From: a virus
Virus record (IMG/VR): IMGVR_UViG_3300045988_112906
Reading direction: 5' to 3' (one strand)
DNA: 64,000 nt
The translations under genes were made by a program, and so were the position numbers. The notes under the pieces were generated by a model. It had not been told where the DNA came from, searched no databases, and worked only from the letters and a program-made list of their open reading frames with translations. Shown here one piece after another: positions 54,747 through 62,383 of this stretch; position 1 is the first letter of the stretch; every line of letters begins with the position of its first letter.

Positions 54747-56750
54747 TTACTCCATAACCGCAAGGGATGGATATTCAAACTTCAACTTATCATCGGTTGT
54801 TACCTTCAACCGAATCTGCTGCTGGTCGCCCGAATAGATTGGGTCGTTCACACTCTCGCATTCATCGAGCACCATCGGTGCAGATACCTCATAGAATCTA
54901 GAGAAGGTATTGGCGATGTCGATTCCAGCATTCACCTTGGCGGCTCCATTGAGTCGGCTATAAGGCACGCCATCGTGATAGCACTCACAATATGGCTTCA
55001 TATTGCCGTCAAGATCCTGAGTAAACATTGACCACTTGACGTATGAGAAGTGTCCATTCACATTCTCTTCGAGCAGCTGGCACGACTTCTTGTTGTACTC
55101 ATTTGCCAGGTCGAGCTTCTCATCAAGTTCATCCAGCTGATTCTGATATGATTCCTTGTCCTGCTTTGCCTTTTCGATAAGTTCGGAAATGCGGTCATAG
55201 GCTTCCTTGGTGAAAAGAAGTTTCAGCACCTCGTTGTATCTTGTGCCGATAGGTTCACGCTCCTTCTCCAATTCTGCGAGCATCTTTGCGTTCTCTTCCG
55301 AGCTGGCGGATGGTTCATTAAGCTCAGCCTGCAAGTCGGCAATCTCCTTCACTACCTGCTGATACTCTTCCTTCTCTGCAAGAATCTGCTCGTAGGTCTT
55401 CGGCTTCTCGGCATCCACCTCCAGCTTCTTGAACTCAGCTTCCTTGAGGGTCTTGTTAGCCTTCACCAGCTGGTTGGTTGTAACCATTCGGTCGTTGTCA
55501 AGTTTCTCAAGGATATTCTTTGCATCGGTATATTCCTGCTGAATGCCGTTGAACTCATCTTGAATCTTCTTCGATGCGTTAGACTTGCGTTCGTTGAAGC
55601 GGTCCTTGGATTCCTTCTTGATACGCTCAACATCTTCTGCAGGAAGCGGCTGACCGCAATGAGGACAGATGCCATCCTCTGCATTCCAGCTCCATCGGGA
55701 TTTGGAGAGTTCATCAAGCCGGTTATTGATGTCCACCACCTTTCGCTCGCACTCTTCCTTCTTATCCTTGGCGTGAATCTCCGATTCTGTATAGCCCCTC
55801 ATCGTTGCTTTCAGGTCATCAACCAGACTCTGCGCCTTCTTTACTGCGATATTGGCAGTAATCACATCGCTCTGATGCTTGGTAGCCTGCTCGGTAGCGA
55901 GATTCATGGCTCCCTGCTCCATATTGTGCTTGCGCTTCTCGGCAAATTCAATCTTCTTTAGGATTCCATCGTATCTTACCTTGTCGGCACCGCCAATACG
56001 GATAGTCCGTGTTTTTTGGTCGATTTCCCCAAGCTTTTCTTGGAGATTCTCTATTTCGGCAGACAAGGCATCCCAATCCTGCGCTTCAGGCAGAGACTTG
56101 TTGAGTTCAGCCAAGCGGACTGGAACGGCATCCAACTGCTTCTGTACCTCCTTGCGCTTGTACTTGATGTGGTGGATAAGGTCGGCAATCGACTTCTTTT
56201 TGAGTTCCTCTACCACGAAATCGAATCGCTCATCGCCCTGCGTAATATCCTGCGTAGTATATTGGTCAGCAAGTGATTCCAACAGTTCACGCTGCTTCTG
56301 CCAAGGGAGACTACAGAAATTTGTTGCCGAAGTTATGCGGCGGAAAACGGATTCCGGGCAAATATCTTCTACTATCTTCTTGAAATCTCCTGCCGTGGTA
56401 ACATCGCCATCCACATAGTACTTGTAGGTGTTCATGCACTTGCTGCCCTTCCAAGAATCGGTGAGGGTTCGCTTCAATACAATCTGATCGTAATCCACCA
56501 GCAGGGTGAGTTCTGCTTCGTGAGGAATCTCCTTGATAATCTCGTGATTCTCGTTGAAGGTCTTGATGTCGAGCGAATTTCCTGCCATATCCGTACCGAA
56601 GAGAACATACATGATTGCGTTGGCAATCGTGCTCTTTCCTCGTCCGTTGCCGCCCGACACGATGGTAAGCTTCTCGCTAAACTCATACTCGGCATCACGG
56701 ATGCCACAGAAGTTGAGCAGTCTCAAATTCTTAATTATTATCTTCTTCAT
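54747..56750 (-). CDS. SbcC/Rad50-like AAA ATPase with a long coiled coil
   Basis: N-terminal Walker A GGNGRGKST, a central coiled coil containing CPHCGQ, and C-terminal Walker B MVLDECE. Confidence 0.75.
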   Translation of the reverse strand: MKKIIIKNLRLLNFCGIRDAEYEFSEKLTIVSGGNGRGKSTIANAIMYVLFGTDMAGNSLDIKTFNENHEIIKEIPHEAELTLLVDYDQIVLKRTLTDSWKGSKCMNTYKYYVDGDVTTAGDFKKIVEDICPESVFRRITSATNFCSLPWQKQRELLESLADQYTTQDITQGDERFDFVVEELKKKSIADLIHHIKYKRKEVQKQLDAVPVRLAELNKSLPEAQDWDALSAEIENLQEKLGEIDQKTRTIRIGGADKVRYDGILKKIEFAEKRKHNMEQGAMNLATEQATKHQSDVITANIAVKKAQSLVDDLKATMRGYTESEIHAKDKKEECERKVVDINNRLDELSKSRWSWNAEDGICPHCGQPLPAEDVERIKKESKDRFNERKSNASKKIQDEFNGIQQEYTDAKNILEKLDNDRMVTTNQLVKANKTLKEAEFKKLEVDAEKPKTYEQILAEKEEYQQVVKEIADLQAELNEPSASSEENAKMLAELEKEREPIGTRYNEVLKLLFTKEAYDRISELIEKAKQDKESYQNQLDELDEKLDLANEYNKKSCQLLEENVNGHFSYVKWSMFTQDLDGNMKPYCECYHDGVPYSRLNGAAKVNAGIDIANTFSRFYEVSAPMVLDECESVNDPIYSGDQQQIRLKVTTDDKLKFEYPSLAVME

Positions 56751-57039
56751 TTTCCTTATCTTTATTCTGTTCTTGTTTCTCTCTCAGCTCCTTTTCGTAA
56801 GCTTCGAATGCGCAAGCGGCTGCATAGGCGAATGCATTGCTATTGCGCATAGCTTGAAGAAGGAGTTGCTGTAAATCTCCATCTGAGGCGTGGAGAAAGG
56901 AGAAGCCCTGCTTGGTGCTGGCATCGCCCATAAGGATGATGCAGCGGAAATGCTTGCCGTGTTCTCCTGCCTTGTCAACCTCCTCGGTAACCTTTCTGAT
57001 TTGGTTGAAGTAATTTTGTCTGATATTCTTTCTACTCAT
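56731..57039 (-). CDS. Hypothetical protein
   Basis: 102-aa ORF. Confidence 0.55.
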   Translation of the reverse strand: MSRKNIRQNYFNQIRKVTEEVDKAGEHGKHFRCIILMGDASTKQGFSFLHASDGDLQQLLLQAMRNSNAFAYAAACAFEAYEKELREKQEQNKDKENEEDNN

Positions 57040-57122
57040 GATTCCTTTCTTTCTAAAAACCTGCCCACGCCCGGTTGCTACCCGAGAAATGGGCAGGAAA
57101 GTGCATATATGAAAACTACTAA

Positions 57123-57641
57123 CTAACTATCTGTTGAACCTTGCCCCTTTCGTGTGCCGGTTACCTTGCCAAGTTCCAAGTTTACATCTGGAACATAGGT
57201 GAAGGCACCCTGACAAATGCGCCAGCTATAAGGGAGAACGAACTTGAAACCGAGGAGTCGCAAAATGCGATTCTTCCATTTCCACCTGCCCGACTTCACA
57301 ATGGCGTGGACCTCATCGCCATAACCGCAATCTATCAAGCCGAGAACCACATCAAGGTTCTCTCTTACCTTGCCCAAGCGACCGCCCTTCATCCAAGAAG
57401 GGAAATACACGTCAAGCTGCATGCCTTTGCTCGACATACCGCTGCGTGGCTGGATCAGCATCTTCACATTGGATGGAAGCTGAATCTTGAACCCGAGCGG
57501 AACGTAATAGCGAGCGTAAGGAGCCACCTCCATATCCTTTGCTACATGAAGGTCGTAAGCGGCATCCGTCTCATACGCCTTTGTCGGGAAACAACCATGC
57601 GTCACTAACTCTACTTTAATTTTTGTACCGAATTTACTCAT
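57123..57641 (-). CDS. dut: dUTPase-like protein
   Basis: DAAYDLHV, IQPRSGMSSKG and GLIDCGYGDEV match dUTPase motifs. Confidence 0.7.
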   Translation of the reverse strand: MSKFGTKIKVELVTHGCFPTKAYETDAAYDLHVAKDMEVAPYARYYVPLGFKIQLPSNVKMLIQPRSGMSSKGMQLDVYFPSWMKGGRLGKVRENLDVVLGLIDCGYGDEVHAIVKSGRWKWKNRILRLLGFKFVLPYSWRICQGAFTYVPDVNLELGKVTGTRKGQGSTDS

Positions 57642-57648
57642 ATATAAT

Positions 57649-58158
57649 CTATTCTGTTAAATGTTTCTCATCAAGAAGCTTATCCACTTCCTTCTGATAG
57701 AAGTCTATCATAGCCTTATACTCAAACAAAGACCAGTTCTTGGATTCCTGCTTTGCCCGGACCTCTATCAAGTCAACTCTCTGTTCCCCAATCTGCTTGA
57801 TAAGCGCTCGGCGGTACATCTGAATATTACCTTGATTGAAGATATTGCAGGCTACACATTGCGGTCGGCAGTTGTCTTCGCTGAATCGGGTGGACATATA
57901 TCGTCTTGACATATAATGCCCATTCTGAATATCCTTCCAATAGAACACCTTGCCACAACTGATGCAGCGGCAATTACCTCTATCGTCTGAGAATTTCAGC
58001 CGGATATATTTAGAGAAGACGGAATCAAGCTTATCTCTCAGCTTGCTCTTGCTGAGACCAGCTTTAGCCTTCTTCTTTTCCTGCTCCTTCTTGGGCTTAT
58101 CCCAAGGAGTTTTCTTTATCGGAGTCCTTTTCAGGGGCTTGTATCTTCTTAATACCAT
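57649..58158 (-). CDS. ninG: NinG/Rap-like recombination protein
   Basis: FSKYIRL...CISCG...GHYMSRR...CVACN follows the NinG pattern. Confidence 0.65.
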   Translation of the reverse strand: MVLRRYKPLKRTPIKKTPWDKPKKEQEKKKAKAGLSKSKLRDKLDSVFSKYIRLKFSDDRGNCRCISCGKVFYWKDIQNGHYMSRRYMSTRFSEDNCRPQCVACNIFNQGNIQMYRRALIKQIGEQRVDLIEVRAKQESKNWSLFEYKAMIDFYQKEVDKLLDEKHLTE

Positions 58159-58173
58159 ACCTTATTATATATA

Positions 58174-58365
58174 TTATAGTGTATTGTACTTACCCTCTTC
58201 ACGTCCCATGTCTGCTGCGAGATTCTTGATACGTGAGTTGAGCATATTAATCTTTCTGACTTTCAGCTCAAAAATCTCCAGCGGACACCACGGATTCCTT
58301 TCGAGCTGTTTGTATATATCGTCCACTCGCTCTTGATAGGACCGAGTCGTGAATAATTGAAGCAT
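58174..58365 (-). CDS. Hypothetical small protein
   Basis: 63-aa ORF. Its start lies in ATAGCGTATG. Confidence 0.5.
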   Translation of the reverse strand: MLQLFTTRSYQERVDDIYKQLERNPWCPLEIFELKVRKINMLNSRIKNLAADMGREEGKYNTL

Positions 58366-58514
58366 ACGCTATTGTTTTTAAGTTTGAAAATCCTGCCTAT
58401 CCTCACGGACTGGCAGGGATCATTATATGATAAAATCTCAAATTCCGCCCAATATGTTGCCGCTGCAACAGGGGGCATTGCTTTTTAATTCAGATAAATA
58501 TGAAAAATTAAAAG

Positions 58515-58624
58515 TTGCAGAAGTGGGACTCGAACCCACGACCAGGTCGCACGGTTGATAAGAATATGTTAAGGGTTTACTCATTATGTTACGTGCCTGC
58601 TCTAACCAACTGAGCTATTCTGCA
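58515..58624 (-). tRNA. tRNA-like gene with canonical acceptor, D and T arms but a 38-40-nt AU-rich sequence in place of the 7-nt anticodon loop. Isotype not assignable.
   Basis: Sense strand: TGCAGAA-TA-GCTC-AGTTGGTTA-GAGC-A-GGCAC-[40 nt]-GTGCG-ACCTGGTC-GTGGG-TTCGAGT-CCCAC-TTCTGCA-A. Confidence 0.75.
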
Positions 58625-59003
58625 ATATAGCGGCATCGTGCGCTACCACGAATTTAAGAGCCATGCTCACCGCTCGGGCTTGCGAAGGATTTTTGTAATA
58701 CTAACAAGCAATCAGTTATTATTTTGCTTTCATCCTCGCTTACCCTATATAAAGACTTAATATCCTTCAGCTTAATTTTTCCAATAAGTCAATGATCGTA
58801 TGCCCACCGAAGGGGCAATGGGATAGCTTTGCGATTGCCATTAAAATGAAAGGTGTTGGTAGAATAGCCGCCAAAGCTATTTCCTTCTGGTTCGTGGCAT
58901 CTTGTTTCGACCCGCAAATAATGAAATATCCGCCACTTGACATATACCGCTCTTTTGTCACCTTACATCACATTTTTATAATAACAAAACACAAAAACTT
59001 GTG

Positions 59004-59103
59004 TGGGCTTGGGGCGAGTTGAACACCCTTGCTAGAAAACCTGCTAAATTGCTGACTGGCGCCTAAGGTCTCCCTCTACTACCGAGCAGACTGGCTCAAA
59101 CCC
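59004..59103 (-). ncRNA. Second tRNA-like element (acceptor stem and T arm; aberrant D region; 25-nt anticodon loop)
   Basis: Sense strand: GGGTTTG...GCTC-GGTAGTA-GAGG-G-AGACC-[25 nt]-GGTTT-TCTAGCAA-GGGTG-TTCAACT-CGCCC-CAAGCCC-A. Confidence 0.35.
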
Positions 59104-59240
59104 GGTTGATACTCCTATTATCACGAACGAGAGTACCTTGATGTTATTTATTTTAGTTATACACATTCGATTAAGATTTTCTTCAAGCAACCTCCACCCT
59201 GCTCACGCAGGATGGGGGCTTGGTTTTAAATCACAACTTT

Positions 59241-59258
59241 TATCTAAAAGCCGAACGG
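59241..59258 (-). terminator. Terminator of the cro-like gene
   Basis: Leftward sense: AAGCC-GTTC-GGCTT followed by TTTAG. Confidence 0.5.
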
Positions 59259-59264
59259 CTTCCT

Positions 59265-59474
59265 TTAATCTTCCACAAGTTCGGGGTACTTCTTGACGAG
59301 GATACCACCGAACCTATTGCAAGTAACATTTCGAATATCGACTGCTAACTTGCTGTTTGTCTTATATGCTATTGCAGCGTAAACTGCCGCATTGCAGCAG
59401 CCGACTGACTTAGCTATTTTGCCGATTTTTGATTTTCTAACCAAAATTTTCTGTTTATATACCACTTTATCCAT
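59265..59474 (-). CDS. Small HTH protein (Cro-like position)
   Basis: IGKIAKSVGCCNAAVYAAI looks like an HTH. The gene is divergent from the XRE-type repressor gene. Confidence 0.55.
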   Translation of the reverse strand: MDKVVYKQKILVRKSKIGKIAKSVGCCNAAVYAAIAYKTNSKLAVDIRNVTCNRFGGILVKKYPELVED

Positions 59475-59484
59475 ACTTTTTTAT

Positions 59485-59494
59485 TATCTTTGCA
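59485..59494 (+). promoter_or_regulatory. -7 box 10-mer TATCTTTGCA (rightward)
   Basis: TAnnTTTG match in the switch region. Confidence 0.5.
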
Positions 59495-59547
59495 CACGTA
59501 AAACATTAAATGATAAAGAAACGATGAATCGTTGTCTGAATCACGGA

Positions 59548-59557
59548 TGCAAAGATA
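59548..59557 (-). promoter_or_regulatory. -7 box 10-mer TATCTTTGCA (leftward)
   Basis: The reverse complement of tgcaaagata. It faces the 59485 box. Confidence 0.5.
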
Positions 59558-59639
59558 TATAATTATAGGCAATTAGCCAAGCGTATAGGCATTATTTTAT
59601 ATTTAATTTATCTATTTACACATTTATAAACATATAGCT

Positions 59640-60014
59640 ATGGAAGGATTAAGAGACAGAATCAATGTGATAAGAGACCATTACAGACTGTCTAACAGAG
59701 GGTTTGCAGAAGCAATCGGTGCAAAACCAGCTGCTACGAACAACTATTTGAATGGTACAAAGGAGCCGTCATTAGAGTTTGTGGATAGGATTCTGTCCAC
59801 ATACATAGACGTGTCGGCAGATTGGCTTCTACGAGGCAAGGGAACCATGTTCTATGAGGAAGATAAGCCAACCGATGAAGCGCTCTTGAAGGAACTTGCA
59901 GAAGCAAAGGTCAAGCTGCTCGTACAAGAGGGCATCACCAAGGAGCTTCGTGATATGCTCCTTGAGAAGAATAACGGAAAGATAGCCGAAGACCGCAAGA
60001 GTCTTGTAGGCTGA
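59640..60014 (+). CDS. XRE-family HTH repressor (CI-like)
   Basis: LSNRGFAEAIGAKPAATNNYLNGTKEPSLEFVDRIL...ADWLLRGKG. Confidence 0.7.
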   Translation: MEGLRDRINVIRDHYRLSNRGFAEAIGAKPAATNNYLNGTKEPSLEFVDRILSTYIDVSADWLLRGKGTMFYEEDKPTDEALLKELAEAKVKLLVQEGITKELRDMLLEKNNGKIAEDRKSLVG

Positions 60015-60126
60015 TACCTATATATACGAAAAAAGCAGGGCACTAGGCTCTGCTTTTTCTGTTACCACATTATCATTCTGTTGCATTCTTGCTGCCACAT
60101 ATAGGCAAGTTGTCTCTTATATTCTT

Positions 60127-60396
60127 TTATAAGTTAAAACATGCCTTTACTTTCCATTTGGTACGCCTGCCTAATATTACATACTTAAAATTCTCGGTAT
60201 AGATGTATGCATGACCAACGGCTGTGTTCTTCTCTTCAGTCTTTGGGCTTACACGTCTTTCTATAATAACAAACTTCGCAGCCTTCTTTAGCTTGCGAGG
60301 AATGCGAGCCTTAAATCTTTCAAAAAATCTTCTTCTCATGCCCACCTCACTTTTTGACAAAAAACGCTCCTGCGCACCAATCGTTGCTTTCGGCAT
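60127..60396 (-). CDS. Basic hypothetical protein
   Basis: 89-aa ORF that overlaps the upstream ORF by 50 nt. Confidence 0.45.
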   Translation of the reverse strand: MPKATIGAQERFLSKSEVGMRRRFFERFKARIPRKLKKAAKFVIIERRVSPKTEEKNTAVGHAYIYTENFKYVILGRRTKWKVKACFNL

Positions 60397-60673
60397 TAGT
60401 ATTCAACTTGACACATCTTCCGACAAACTCATTACCTTTATAATGCTTACAACGACTGCATTCCTTTGATTTTCTCAAAATTGCACGAAACAAACTGACG
60501 TTAGCACTAGGGGCATTTGCCTTATTCCATCTGACTACAGCTTTTTTGTACAGATATACAAATCTAGGTAAGAACCTACTATCTTCTTTGATTCCATCCT
60601 CTGAATCGAAGTAACGTTCATCCGTTCCTCTCTTCATAATATTCAGAATCTTCTTGGCACTTCTGATTTTCAT
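60347..60673 (-). CDS. Hypothetical protein with a Cys cluster
   Basis: CSRCKHY...RC...WC. Its start lies in TAGCGTATG. Confidence 0.6.
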   Translation of the reverse strand: MKIRSAKKILNIMKRGTDERYFDSEDGIKEDSRFLPRFVYLYKKAVVRWNKANAPSANVSLFRAILRKSKECSRCKHYKGNEFVGRCVKLNTNAESNDWCAGAFFVKK

Positions 60674-60676
60674 ACG

Positions 60677-61051
60677 CTATTTGAACTTGATGATGAAAAA
60701 TTCATGATTCAACCATTTGTCGGGGCACAAGCCCTTCTTTGGTTTGCCAATGCTGATGCTCTCAATATCCTTTCCGATACGTGAACTATCCTTGCGGTAG
60801 CCGTTGATGAAGAGGACGTGGGTATATTGTTTTAACACAATTCTCTGTGCGTCAATATATTTTTTAAGTAAATCCGTTCGCCCTGCCAAAGCCAAGGCAA
60901 GATGTCGCACATCAACGATATTGCTATTGTTTTGAAGTAATCGTGCTACCCAATACGGCTTTATCTCCCGATACTCTTCATCCTTTTTTCCGTCAGCAAT
61001 CATTTCAAACCATCGCTTGCTGACGGTGAGGGTCAATACTTTCTTTTTCAT
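60677..61051 (-). CDS. ASCH-domain-like protein
   Basis: KRWFEMIADGKKDEEYREIKPYW. Confidence 0.55.
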   Translation of the reverse strand: MKKKVLTLTVSKRWFEMIADGKKDEEYREIKPYWVARLLQNNSNIVDVRHLALALAGRTDLLKKYIDAQRIVLKQYTHVLFINGYRKDSSRIGKDIESISIGKPKKGLCPDKWLNHEFFIIKFK

Positions 61052-61054
61052 ACG

Positions 61055-61351
61055 CTATTTCTTTCTAGTATATTCAATATCCTTGTAAGATACTCGCTCC
61101 TTGCTCCAAGTCACCTCATCCAACTCATCGAAGTCGGCACTATCGGGTGTGTCTTCTCCTATGACCAAAAAGACACGATCAGGAACGTTGGTCATTTCGT
61201 TCTCACCCTCAAACTCTCGGATGGTGGTATCTAGAAGGTCGTAGAGGTCTTGTGATTGCCCCTCGAAAAGCATCTTCTTAGTATCACCCTTCCGATTTTT
61301 GAGTTTCTTTCTAGCATCCTTCAATGCTTCGTAAGTCTCTTGTGTAATCAT
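61055..61351 (-). CDS. Acidic hypothetical protein
   Basis: 98-aa ORF. Confidence 0.6.
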   Translation of the reverse strand: MITQETYEALKDARKKLKNRKGDTKKMLFEGQSQDLYDLLDTTIREFEGENEMTNVPDRVFLVIGEDTPDSADFDELDEVTWSKERVSYKDIEYTRKK

Positions 61352-61373
61352 AACTTTATAATTTTTGATTTTA

Positions 61374-61517
61374 CTAACTAAGCCTTCTGCCTTTCAGAAT
61401 CACCACTCTTTTGTGGTGTTCAGCCGCATATTGCAATTTACGGAGAAGTTCTTTCTGTGCCCAACTCAGTTTTGCATCAGTCAAATACTTATCCATTACC
61501 TTTATCAGTCTGTCCAT
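61374..61517 (-). CDS. 47-aa hypothetical protein (not in the ORF track)
   Basis: MDRLIKVMDKYLTDAKLSWAQKELLRKLQYAAEHHKRVVILKGRRLS. Confidence 0.4.
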   Translation of the reverse strand: MDRLIKVMDKYLTDAKLSWAQKELLRKLQYAAEHHKRVVILKGRRLS

Positions 61518-61687
61518 ATTTTAAATGTATATCCCCACTGTCTAGCTTTCAGGTACGCCAATCTTTTGCGCTTTTGAAGTTTAGTCGTATCTTTAATATT
61601 ACGAACCAATTTTAGAGCTATCAATTGCGGTTCTGATAGAGTTATACGCTTACCGTACTCACTCAAATCTACGTTTACTATTGCCAT
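61505..61687 (-). CDS. Hypothetical small protein
   Basis: 60-aa ORF. Confidence 0.5.
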   Translation of the reverse strand: MAIVNVDLSEYGKRITLSEPQLIALKLVRNIKDTTKLQKRKRLAYLKARQWGYTFKIWTD

Positions 61688-61694
61688 AACACTA

Positions 61695-61826
61695 TTATTT
61701 TAATTGTTCACACGCTTTCTTTTCCCACTCGGCAAAGGAAAGAATATCCTTCCCCTTGCCAAACACTCTCATGTGTCGCTTGTAGCTATTGTAAGCCGCA
61801 AGCTTTATTTCATCCATTTCTGTCAT
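61695..61826 (-). CDS. 43-aa hypothetical protein (not in the ORF track)
   Basis: MTEMDEIKLAAYNSYKRHMRVFGKGKDILSFAEWEKKACEQLK. Its start lies in TAGCGTATG. Confidence 0.45.
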   Translation of the reverse strand: MTEMDEIKLAAYNSYKRHMRVFGKGKDILSFAEWEKKACEQLK

Positions 61827-61829
61827 ACG

Positions 61830-62081
61830 CTACAACTTTTCTATTTGCGACTCCAAGTTACGAATTTTGTCCTTGATGATGGCGATAACTTTCCCTTTAA
61901 TTTCTTTAATACCTTCATCGCCAAGAACACGGTTCGCAATGAACATATCTCCGTTTCTTTCTCGACTACAAAGAATCACGTTTAACTCTACAGAAGGGTT
62001 CAGCGCAAATTTCAGAAGATTTCTATCGTAATCGAGATCCTTCTTGAGCTTGATAGCTTTCTCTAAATCCTGCTCTGTCAT
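61830..62081 (-). CDS. Hypothetical small protein
   Basis: 83-aa ORF flanked by TAGCGTATG on both sides. Confidence 0.6.
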   Translation of the reverse strand: MTEQDLEKAIKLKKDLDYDRNLLKFALNPSVELNVILCSRERNGDMFIANRVLGDEGIKEIKGKVIAIIKDKIRNLESQIEKL

Positions 62082-62084
62082 ACG

Positions 62085-62369
62085 CTAGTCCTCCTTCTTA
62101 ACATTGTCAACATTAAAACCTCTTCTATACAACTCTTCAAGCATAGTTTGAGAGTCGGCATAGTTGATGTTCTCGTTCACAAACTTATCCATGTCGCTGA
62201 ATGATTTGCCCGAAGCAGGGTCCGTGATGGCGAACTTGTTTAGCTCATCTTTCATGTCCACAAGGGATAATATAATCTCCTCATAAGTCTGCTTTTGGAT
62301 TTTACCCTCCATGCACAAGACTTTTACGATGGTAACAATCTTGTCTATCTGTTTAAATACCTTTTCCAT
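62085..62369 (-). CDS. Hypothetical small protein
   Basis: 94-aa ORF. Confidence 0.6.
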   Translation of the reverse strand: MEKVFKQIDKIVTIVKVLCMEGKIQKQTYEEIILSLVDMKDELNKFAITDPASGKSFSDMDKFVNENINYADSQTMLEELYRRGFNVDNVKKED

Positions 62370-62383
62370 AATTTGTTATTTGT

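Noticed and set aside
58767-59022. Two overlapping 64-76-aa ORFs in the non-coding gap.
   Set aside because: They overlap each other on opposite strands. They lack ATG starts in good context and lie in a region better explained by structured RNA.
58515-59103. Calling either tRNA-like gene an amber suppressor tRNA.
   Set aside because: Neither oversized loop contains CTA. No hand-foldable 5-7-5 arm presents a U33-CUA-R37 loop. The only suppressor-like loop, ATTTAGC in the second element, requires a non-standard stem. The anticodon is therefore left unassigned.
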